From assembly GCA_963760105.1 (NCBI GenBank), contig CAVXBP010000014.1:56787-88786 (forward strand): a stretch of DNA of 32,000 nt. The letters are read 5' to 3'. Shown piece after piece: positions 23,221 to 30,710 of this stretch. Origin of the DNA: an uncultured Actinomycetota bacterium. Its GTDB lineage: Bacteria > Actinomycetota > Actinomycetes > Propionibacteriales > Nocardioidaceae. Within the stretch, counting starts at the first letter, position 1; each line of letters begins with the position of its first letter. A model generated the notes under the pieces. That model saw nothing but the letters and a program-made list of their open reading frames with translations. It was not told the origin of the DNA and ran no database searches. Both the position numbers and the translations under genes were made by a program.

Positions 23221-24333
23221 ATGACCCCCCAGCCGGAGGCACTGCCCCGCAGAACCCTATTGAAGGGGGCTGTCGCACTGGGCGGCGTCGCCTTCCTGTC
23301 CGCGTGTGGTTCGTCGTCGTCGGACGCGGGCTCCGAAGCGATTGCCGTTACGGACCAACGAGGCAAGAAGTTGACACTCGACGGACCGGTCAAGCGCATC
23401 GTGACGCTGCCGATGCCTGCCGCGTCCATAATGATCGCGGTCGATCGCAGCGCAAAGCATCTCGCCGGAGTGCACGATGCCTCCTACGCCGCGGCCGAGC
23501 AGAGCATTCTGGGCACGATGTTCCCGGAGGTGCTCAAGGTTCGCCACGATGTCGGCTCACAGGACTTCGCCCCCAACGTCGAGGGCATCCTGTCGCTCAA
23601 ACCCGATCTCGTGGTCCAGTGGGCGAGTCAGGGCGACGAAATCATCCAGCCTCTCGAGAACGCCGGGTTGACTGTCCTGGGAGTCAACTACGGCAAGCTG
23701 GAGGATGTCGGAGACTGGTTCAAGATGTTCTCCGCCGCGCTCGGCAAGCCATCGCGGGGCACGGAGATGGCTGGCCGGCTGGCGTCCGACCAGGCAGTCA
23801 TCAAGACTGCCGCGGTCAAGAGGGGAGCGCGTGCGCCGCGCACCCTCTACTTCAACCGGTTCGCCGAGAGCCTGACCGTGGCGGGCGGCGGGACCTTCAA
23901 CGATGCGTACATCCAACTGATCGGTGCCGAGAACGTCGCAACTGGGGTGAAAGGGCTGATGCCGGTTGACCTTGAAAAGGTCCTGGACTGGGATCCGGAG
24001 ATCATCGTGCTGGGCAACTTCGACAAGTCCATGCCGGCCGATGTCTACGGTGACCGCCGTTGGCGCGATGTCGCGGCAGTCAAGGAGCGGAGGGTCTACC
24101 GAGCGCCGCTGGGCGGTTACCGCTGGGACCCTCCCAGCCATGAGTCACCGTTGATGTGGACCTGGCTCTCGCAGGTCGCGTTCCCGGACGGCACGGACGG
24201 CGGACTGCGCGACAAGATTGTCGACGACTACAAGTACTTCTACGACCACAGCCCAACGCAGACCGAGATTGACACCATGCTGTGGACGGAGGAGAACGGT
24301 GCCTCCGCCGACTACGACCAGTTCTCGGCCTGA
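23221..24333 (+). CDS. ABC importer substrate-binding lipoprotein, FecB/BtuF/CeuE class (metal-chelate type), Tat-like signal
   Basis: PRRTLLKGAVALGGVAFLSAC (twin-Arg motif plus lipobox). Peripla_BP_2-like body (RIVTLP..., KPDLVVQW, DPEIIVLGN). It starts 14 nt after the previous stop with a GAAAGGAAAAG RBS. Confidence 0.8.
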   Translation: MTPQPEALPRRTLLKGAVALGGVAFLSACGSSSSDAGSEAIAVTDQRGKKLTLDGPVKRIVTLPMPAASIMIAVDRSAKHLAGVHDASYAAAEQSILGTMFPEVLKVRHDVGSQDFAPNVEGILSLKPDLVVQWASQGDEIIQPLENAGLTVLGVNYGKLEDVGDWFKMFSAALGKPSRGTEMAGRLASDQAVIKTAAVKRGARAPRTLYFNRFAESLTVAGGGTFNDAYIQLIGAENVATGVKGLMPVDLEKVLDWDPEIIVLGNFDKSMPADVYGDRRWRDVAAVKERRVYRAPLGGYRWDPPSHESPLMWTWLSQVAFPDGTDGGLRDKIVDDYKYFYDHSPTQTEIDTMLWTEENGASADYDQFSA

Positions 24334-24382
24334 GGACGTAGCGCCGAGGTCAGCCCCCGTCACAGGTCGAGTAGGAGGGCCG

Positions 24383-25378
24383 TTGGCCGTCGTCGTTGCC
24401 GGGATCGTCCTGCTGGCGGCAATTGTGGTGGCTGTCTCGCTCGGTCGCTACACCGTGTCGGTTCCGCATGTGCTGCAGATCCTGGCATCAGGGGTTCTCC
24501 CCGACGGCGGGGTCACCGACACGGAGCGGACTGTTGTTGAGCTCGTACGCCTTCCCCGCGTCATGCTCGCCGTGCTGGTGGGTGGTGGCCTGGGCGTCGC
24601 CGGGGCGGCCCTGCAGGCGACCTTCCGCAACCCGTTGGTCAGCCCCGACATCATCGGGGTCTCCTCGGGCGCATCCCTCGGCGGCGCATTGGCGCTGTTG
24701 TTTGGCCTCGGCACGGCGTTTCTCGTCGCCGGCGCGTTCGTGTTCGGACTCATCGCACTTGGCCTCCTGTTCGCGCTCACGGCCGGCCGGGCCTCGTCGA
24801 TGCTCATGGTGGTGCTCGGTGGTGTCGTACTCGGTTCGTTCTTCTCCGCACTGGTCGGGCTGGTGCAATATTTCGCCGACCCTTATTCGTCGCTGCCCGC
24901 GATCGTGTTCTGGTTGCTCGGCAGCCTCGCCACAGCCACCTGGGCGAAGGTCTTCGTGGCCGCGGTGCCGATCCTGCTCGGCACGACGGTTGTCCTGCTG
25001 CTTCGCTGGCGCCTCAACGTGCTTTCGCTAGGGGACGAGGAGGCGTCATCGCTCGGGATTCGCCCCAACCGGCTGCGCTGGGTGTTCCTGCTGTCCTGCG
25101 CACTCATCGTCGCCGGAGCGGTCGCGGTGAGCGGTGCCGTCGGTTGGGTGGGTCTGGTGATCCCGCACCTGGCTCGTATGTGGGTCGGACCTGATCACCG
25201 GGTCCTCCTACCGGTCAGCTTCCTGCTCGGAGCCACCTTCCTTATCCTGATCGACACGATCGCCCGGACGGCAACGGCCGGCGAGATTCCGCTCGGTGTG
25301 CTGACGGCGCTGCTCGGTGCGCCGGTGTTCTTCGTGCTGTTGCGGCGCAACCGGGACAGGATTTGGGACCATGCTTGA
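24383..25378 (+). CDS. FecCD/BtuC-family ABC permease
   Basis: LPRVMLAVLVGGGLGVAGAALQATFRNPLVSPDIIGVSSGASLG and IPLGVLTALLGAPVFFVLLRR. TTG 24383 is the first start after the SBP stop and follows AGGAGG (24373-24378). The 24218 start in the ORF track would overlap the SBP gene by 116 nt. Confidence 0.8.
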   Translation: MAVVVAGIVLLAAIVVAVSLGRYTVSVPHVLQILASGVLPDGGVTDTERTVVELVRLPRVMLAVLVGGGLGVAGAALQATFRNPLVSPDIIGVSSGASLGGALALLFGLGTAFLVAGAFVFGLIALGLLFALTAGRASSMLMVVLGGVVLGSFFSALVGLVQYFADPYSSLPAIVFWLLGSLATATWAKVFVAAVPILLGTTVVLLLRWRLNVLSLGDEEASSLGIRPNRLRWVFLLSCALIVAGAVAVSGAVGWVGLVIPHLARMWVGPDHRVLLPVSFLLGATFLILIDTIARTATAGEIPLGVLTALLGAPVFFVLLRRNRDRIWDHA

Positions 25379-26141
25379 GTTGGACGCGGTGGGGTTCAGA
25401 TATCCCGGGTCCGACTGGGTCTTCCGCAACGTCAGCCTGACTGTCGCGGAGGGGGCCGTCACGGCTGTGCTCGGTCCCAACGGCCGCGGCAAGACGACTC
25501 TCATACGATGCGCGGCAGGCTTGGCGAAACCGCAGGAGGGTCAGGTCAAGAACGACGGATCCGTCGGGTTCGTCCCCCAGACACGAGCCGGTGCATTCGC
25601 CTATCGGGCCATCGACATGGTCGTGATGGGCAGGGTGCGGCAGGTGAGCCTGTTCGGCTCGCCGACTCGCGGTGATCACGTTGCCGCGATGGATGCGATG
25701 GAACGCATCGGCATCGGTCACCTTGCCGATCGACAGTTCCCGACGTTGAGCGGAGGCGAGCAGCAGCTCGTCCTGATCGCACGGGCGATCGCCTCGGAGT
25801 CCCCGCTGCTCATTCTGGACGAACCGACGACGGGACTTGACCTGCACAACCAGGCACAGATCCTGTCGTTGCTGCGCAAACTCGTCGCAGACGGCATGGG
25901 TGTGCTTCTCACGACCCATCACCCTGACCACGCGCTTTATCTCGCTGACGTTGTCGTGCTGATGGGTGGCGGAGGCGACGTCCGAGCGGGCCCCGCGGCA
26001 ACGATGCTTTCCGATGTCGAGCTGAGTCGCCTCTACGGCATCGACGTGCAAACGATCACGTACGGCCACCGCGGCGACTCGCGGCGCGCCATCATCACGA
26101 GGTATGACGACGTGCTGGGGTCAGGTTTCATCGACACCTGA
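25371..26141 (+). CDS. ABC transporter ATPase (FecE/BtuD-like)
   Basis: Walker A GPNGRGKTT, signature LSGGEQQ, Walker B LLILDEPT and the TTHH H-loop. It overlaps the permease stop by 8 nt. Confidence 0.9.
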   Translation: MLELDAVGFRYPGSDWVFRNVSLTVAEGAVTAVLGPNGRGKTTLIRCAAGLAKPQEGQVKNDGSVGFVPQTRAGAFAYRAIDMVVMGRVRQVSLFGSPTRGDHVAAMDAMERIGIGHLADRQFPTLSGGEQQLVLIARAIASESPLLILDEPTTGLDLHNQAQILSLLRKLVADGMGVLLTTHHPDHALYLADVVVLMGGGGDVRAGPAATMLSDVELSRLYGIDVQTITYGHRGDSRRAIITRYDDVLGSGFIDT

Positions 26142-26176
26142 CGGAGCCCTCGATACCGGTGTGGTGGGATGAACTA

Positions 26177-27119
26177 ATGAGCGTTCCGCGTCGACCACCC
26201 TCTGTGACGATGGCGAGCGTCTTCGTGGGGTTGACGGGTGTTGTCGTCTTCTTCGGCGTCACCTCGGCCCTTGCCGACTGGGGCTCGATCGAGCTGCAGG
26301 AGGCCGTGCGCGAAGCCATCGACAATCCGGCCCTGAGCAGCGCCGATCTCACGGTCAGCGAGGTCTTGCGGTGGCTCCGGTGGGCCGCGTTCGGTGTGGT
26401 GTTCCTGTCGATCGCGGGCGTCGTCCTCGCGGTCTTCACAGGCGCTGGGGCACCGTGCCTCGCGGATCTGGCTCACGGTGATGTGTGGTGTGGCGTTCGT
26501 CGGATTCGTGGTGGTCGGTGGTCTCGCGGGGCTGCTGCCAGCCGCGCTGGCGGTGGTGTGCGCGATGCAGCTGTGGTCGGCGGACTCACGCGCCTGGTTT
26601 GACGCCAAGAACGGTGTCGCGCCGAAAGCGGCTGCTGCTGGCGACCCCTTCGCACCCGACGCAGTCGCCGCGTCGCCAGCCCCCACCACGCAGACCGGTG
26701 CGTCACAACCCAAGCCGGTACGCGTCGCGGGTCTCATCACGCTCATCTCGTCGTGGCTCGTCGTAATGTTCTCCGCCTACTACGCGTTGGTGTACGCGAC
26801 GGCGCGGGACTCCTATGTCGAGTCGCTCGCCAAGGAGCCGACCAAGAGCATGCTCGACGACTACGACCTCGCTGCGGCCGACGTCGCACGATGGATGTTC
26901 ATCGGATTCGGCGTGCTGGGCGTGCTGGCCCTGTTGGCCTGCTTCGCGGCCGTCCTGATGCTGGTCGGCAAGCCATATGGTCGCGTTGCGACCATGGTGC
27001 TCGCGGCCGTGACGGTGCCCGTGTCATTCGTCGTGGTCGGGATTGGCTGGCCGTGGACCATCGCCGCGGTGATCGTCCTGATCAAGCTGAGCAGGCCCGA
27101 GGCGCGCAGTACGGCCTAG
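26177..27119 (+). pseudogene. Internally duplicated (2 x 4-TM) membrane protein, unknown function, interrupted by a +1 frameshift in a G4 run
   Basis: ORF 26159..26602 reads sensibly up to ...VLAVFTGAG and then turns into Arg/Gly-rich nonsense. ORF 26394..27119 becomes sensible from GHRASRIWLTVMCGVAF. Removing one G of GGGG 26447-26450 joins them. The span is 943 nt, which equals 314 codons plus 1 nt. Confidence 0.6.
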
Positions 27120-27137
27120 ATCACACCTCGCGGATTA

Positions 27138-27157
27138 CGGTGCAGCCCGGTGCACCG
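27138..27157. other. Inverted repeat between the membrane-protein stop and the ndh start
   Basis: CGGTGCA (27138-27144), gcccgg, TGCACCG (27151-27157). It is either a hairpin or an operator; no U-tract follows. Confidence 0.25.
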
Positions 27158-27170
27158 ATAAACTCAAGGT

Positions 27171-28667
27171 ATGGCAAAGAGTTCACCGTCCCAGCGTCCG
27201 CACGTCGTCGTCGTCGGAGGCGGATTCGGTGGCATTGCCGCTGTTCGCAAGCTCAAGCGCGCCGATGTCGACGTCACCTTGATCGACCGTCACACCTACA
27301 ACACCTTCCAGCCGCTGCTGTACCAAGTCGCCACGGCAAGCCTCAACCCCGGCGACGTGACGTGGTTCCTCCGAGCGATCCGGGCCAAGCAGAAGAATGT
27401 GCGCTTCATGAAGGGCACGGTCCTGACGATGGACCACGCCAACAAGACGTTGGGCCTCGAGAGTGGGCTCACGGTCTCGTACGACCACCTGATCGTGGCG
27501 GCCGGTGTCACGACCAACTTCTTCGGCGTTCCGGGCGCCGAAGAGTTCTCGATGCCGCTCTACAAGCGCTCGCAGGCCCTGGCCGTACGCGACCGGATGT
27601 TTGCCGCGCTCGAGAACGCCGTCATCAACCGAACTGACGAAGACCTGCGCATCGTCGTCGTCGGTGGCGGCGCGACCGGCGTCGAGACCGCTGGCGCCTT
27701 CGCCGAGCTGCGCAACAATGACATGCCGACGACCTACCCGGAGCTTGACCCCAAGCGCATCCACATCACGCTGGTCGAGATGGGGCCGCACGTGCTGGCG
27801 CCCTTCCACCCCAACCTGCGTGAATATGCCCGCAAGGCGCTGGAGAAGCGCGATGTCGACCTGCGTCTTGAGACGACGGTCAAGGAGGTCCGCAGCGACG
27901 GCGTGGTCATCGCCAAGGGCGACGAGGAAGAGTTCTTGCAGGCCGGCATCGTGGTGTGGGCCAGTGGAGTCACGGCCCACAGCACGCTCCAGGACTGGAA
28001 TGTGCCGCAAGGCCGCGGTGGCCGCATCGTGACCGGCAACCACTGGGATGTCGAGGGTCTCGAGGATGTCTACGCGATTGGCGACATCGCGATCAGCCCA
28101 GAGGCTCTGCCTCAGCTGGCGACACCGGCCATCCAGGCGGGCAAGCACGTCGCGAAGCTGATCGACCGCGCCCAGGACGGCAAGTCGATCAAGGCGTTCA
28201 AGTACCGCGACAAGGGCACGATGGCGACGATCGGCCGCGCATCGGCGATCGCCCAGATCAAGGGCCTGCCCCGACTCAAGGGATTCCCGGCATGGTTCAT
28301 CTGGGTCGCCCTCCACGTCGCAACCCTGCTCGGCAACCGCAACCGGTTCGCCACGATGATCAACCTGACCGCCAAGTACCTTTCGTGGGGTAGCCACAAT
28401 GCGATTGTCGGAGAGACCCCGCTCGTGATCGCCAACCACCCGACGACCGTCAGTGCACTCGAGCAGCGTTACGGCGAGGGCAAGTCGCGTGCCGGCGCCA
28501 AGAAGGCAGCGGCCAAGAAGGCAGCTTCGGCGAAGCCTGCCGCCAAGAAGTTGGCGGCCAAGACTTCGGCCAAGAAAGCTCCTGCCAAGGCTGCCGCCAA
28601 GAAGGCCCCGGCCAAGCCGGACACGACGCCGCCGGCTCCCAAGAAGGCCTCCGCCAAACGCTCCTAG
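27171..28667 (+). CDS. ndh: Type II NADH:quinone oxidoreductase (NDH-2) with a basic low-complexity C-terminal tail
   Basis: VVVVGGGFGGIAA and IVVVGGGATGVETAG dinucleotide motifs, plus FQPLLYQVA and YAIGDIA. The core is ~440 aa, followed by a 60-aa AKP-rich tail. Confidence 0.9.
   Translation: MAKSSPSQRPHVVVVGGGFGGIAAVRKLKRADVDVTLIDRHTYNTFQPLLYQVATASLNPGDVTWFLRAIRAKQKNVRFMKGTVLTMDHANKTLGLESGLTVSYDHLIVAAGVTTNFFGVPGAEEFSMPLYKRSQALAVRDRMFAALENAVINRTDEDLRIVVVGGGATGVETAGAFAELRNNDMPTTYPELDPKRIHITLVEMGPHVLAPFHPNLREYARKALEKRDVDLRLETTVKEVRSDGVVIAKGDEEEFLQAGIVVWASGVTAHSTLQDWNVPQGRGGRIVTGNHWDVEGLEDVYAIGDIAISPEALPQLATPAIQAGKHVAKLIDRAQDGKSIKAFKYRDKGTMATIGRASAIAQIKGLPRLKGFPAWFIWVALHVATLLGNRNRFATMINLTAKYLSWGSHNAIVGETPLVIANHPTTVSALEQRYGEGKSRAGAKKAAAKKAASAKPAAKKLAAKTSAKKAPAKAAAKKAPAKPDTTPPAPKKASAKRS
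28485..28664 (+). repeat. Imperfect tandem GCC-AAG-AAG-type codon repeats encoding a Lys/Ala/Pro-rich tail
   Basis: SRAGAKKAAAKKAASAKPAAKKLAAKTSAKKAPAKAAAKKAPAKPDTTPPAPKKASAKRS. Confidence 0.75.
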
Positions 28668-28695
28668 ATCGCTACATCCAGTGGGAGCCGGTGCG

Positions 28696-29445
28696 TCAGC
28701 CGATGGCGGCCATCAGATGCTCGCGGGCAGTGAGCATCGACGGCCCATACCAGGTGAGATCGCGCCCGGAGACCAGAGCTGTCGGCGCGTGAGTGAACGA
28801 CTCGGGCCCGTCGTCGGGCGTGAACACGTACGGCTCGTCGGGCAGCAGTACGAGGTCGATGTCGGTGCGATCGATCTCCTCGAGCTCGACGTGTGGGTAG
28901 CGCTCGGGTGACTCCGCGAACGCATTGGTCAGGCCGAGCCGCTTGATGAGATCGCCAGTGAACGTACGTGATCCGACAACCATCCACGGATCCCGCCAGA
29001 TGGGAATGGCGACTCGGCGATCCTGGTCGGGCGCCGGCATCGCCCATACGTCCCGCGCCTCACCGAGCCATGCCGGCACATCCCAGCGAAGTCCCTCGGT
29101 GAACAGCCGCGTCATCGAGGTGAATGCCTGATCGACCGTCTCGATCTCGGTGACCCACACGCTGATGCCGGCCTCGCGCAGGCGTCGCACGTCGAGCTCC
29201 CGGCTCTCCTCCTTGTTGGCGAGCACGAGATCAGGCTTGAGTGCCGCGATCGCTGCTCGATCGGGGTTCTTGGTGCCGCGAACCCGTGGCACGTCGAGAT
29301 CGGTGGGGTGGGTGCACCAATCAGTCGCACCGACCAGAGCCTCTGGCCGGGTGGCGGCGATCGCCTCGGTCAACGAGGGTACGAGCGAGACCACCCGTCG
29401 CGCGGGGGCCTGCCGCTCGACCGGGTGGCCGAGGTCGTCCTTCAT
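28696..29445 (-). CDS. BtuF/TroA-like 'helical backbone' binding protein without a signal peptide
   Basis: RVVSLVPSLTEAIAA, KPDLVLANKE, GISVWV and DIDLVLLPDEPY follow the class III SBP pattern. The N-terminus MKDDLGHPVERQ has no hydrophobic leader. ATG 29445 overlaps the upstream stop (ATGA). Confidence 0.65.
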   Translation of the reverse strand: MKDDLGHPVERQAPARRVVSLVPSLTEAIAATRPEALVGATDWCTHPTDLDVPRVRGTKNPDRAAIAALKPDLVLANKEESRELDVRRLREAGISVWVTEIETVDQAFTSMTRLFTEGLRWDVPAWLGEARDVWAMPAPDQDRRVAIPIWRDPWMVVGSRTFTGDLIKRLGLTNAFAESPERYPHVELEEIDRTDIDLVLLPDEPYVFTPDDGPESFTHAPTALVSGRDLTWYGPSMLTAREHLMAAIG

Positions 29446-29945
29446 CGCCGGCGGACGCCCATCGCGCCGCAAACCGGTGCATCCCAGCCGAGGGCGTCGC
29501 CGTCCGCGATCAGGGTGTCGAACGCAGCGGCGATCGATTCAGGGATGTCCATCGTCGAACGGGTCGCTGTGCTGACGTGGACCAACGTCGCCTCCTGCGT
29601 GCATGCGAGGGCGCGCTTCTCCTGATCGACGACGAATGTCATGCCATGGACCACGCGCGCCGAGCGTTCGATCAGCCGGGTGTGCACGGTGAATCGCTGG
29701 CCCAGACGGAGCTCGCCGTAGTAGCGCATGTGCTGCTCGACCGTGAACAGGCTCTGTTGGTGCTTCTCGATGTAGTCGTCGCCGACCCCGGCGGTGATCG
29801 TGGTCTTCCACATGGCGTGCGAGCACAGCCGGAAGTAGTCGCCGATGTTCATGTGACCGTTCTCGTCGATGAACTCGTCGGGTACGACTTGGTCGAACAG
29901 TGCCGGTAGCTGGACGATCTGCTCGTATGTGGGAATTGCGTTCAC
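29442..29945 (-). CDS. Hotdog-fold (4HBT-like) acyl-CoA thioesterase
   Basis: 167 aa with a thioesterase-like pattern (VPDEFIDENGHMNIGDYF...SLFTVEQHMRYYGELRLGQRFTVHTRL). GTG start at 29945. Confidence 0.6.
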   Translation of the reverse strand: MNAIPTYEQIVQLPALFDQVVPDEFIDENGHMNIGDYFRLCSHAMWKTTITAGVGDDYIEKHQQSLFTVEQHMRYYGELRLGQRFTVHTRLIERSARVVHGMTFVVDQEKRALACTQEATLVHVSTATRSTMDIPESIAAAFDTLIADGDALGWDAPVCGAMGVRRR

Positions 29946-29966
29946 GCTGCGACGATACTGGCTGGC

Positions 29967-30674
29967 TCAGCCGCCGAGGGACCCGACTGCGCGGGCGATG
30001 ACCAGCAGCGATGTCAGCAGGGCGGCGGTCGCCTCGATTCCCATGAGCGCCTTGGCGCGGATCGACAGCGGCATGGTGTCAGTGGGGCTGAACGCGCTGG
30101 AGTTGGTCAGGGAAAGGTAGAGGTAGTCAGGGAACGTCGGGATCCAGCCTGACGTGGTGCTCGACGTAGCGGCGACCTCCGCAACGGCGTCGTGGTTCTC
30201 GTCCTGCGAGAAGCGCCAGTCGGCAGGCTGCATGTCTGCATGAGTCTTGACCCGACGGGCCACCGGGCCGCCGCGATCGAGTTCCCAATAGAGCAGGCCG
30301 AAGCCGATCACGCCAGTCACCCACACCTGACCGGCAGCGATCAGGAGCTCACCACCGGCAGTTCCCCGGTCCGTCATGGCGTTGACCAGCATGCCGAGGG
30401 CCACAAGATTCGAGGCGATCACCAGAGACGACAGCACGATTGATGCCTGACGCGACCAGCGGGTCTGGCGCGTCATCCTGGTCGGGTTGGTGACGATCAG
30501 TGCGACCAGCAAGGCCAGCTCGATCGCCGGGATGACGTAACGCGGACCGATCAGCAGCGACTTGGGCAGTAGTGCATAGGTGGCACCGGCCAGGACGACG
30601 GCAATGGCAGGAGGCAGCCGGTGCTCACCCTTCGCATTGCGTCGACGCGCCAGCTCGTCTTCGGCCTTGGACAT
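29967..30674 (-). CDS. DUF1345-like integral membrane protein
   Basis: 235 aa with four or more hydrophobic helices. The motif FPDYLYLSLTNSSAFSPTD is typical of that family, from memory. Confidence 0.6.
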   Translation of the reverse strand: MSKAEDELARRRNAKGEHRLPPAIAVVLAGATYALLPKSLLIGPRYVIPAIELALLVALIVTNPTRMTRQTRWSRQASIVLSSLVIASNLVALGMLVNAMTDRGTAGGELLIAAGQVWVTGVIGFGLLYWELDRGGPVARRVKTHADMQPADWRFSQDENHDAVAEVAATSSTTSGWIPTFPDYLYLSLTNSSAFSPTDTMPLSIRAKALMGIEATAALLTSLLVIARAVGSLGG

Positions 30675-30710
30675 GACAAAACGCTAGACCCACTTGGCGC
30701 GCGCCGCCTG

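Noticed and set aside
27183-28439. 418-aa minus-strand ORF opposite ndh, and the similar 22418..23278 (-), 18644..19348 (-) and 13941..14576 (-) ORFs
   Set aside because: They lie antisense to well-supported genes. They have no motifs or plausible RBS, and their composition is that of out-of-frame high-GC sequence.
30688-30699. GGCGCGCGCC self-complementary decamer after the icmF stop as a terminator
   Set aside because: It leaves no loop and so cannot form a stable hairpin. The gap to the next gene is only 36 nt, and co-transcription is more likely.
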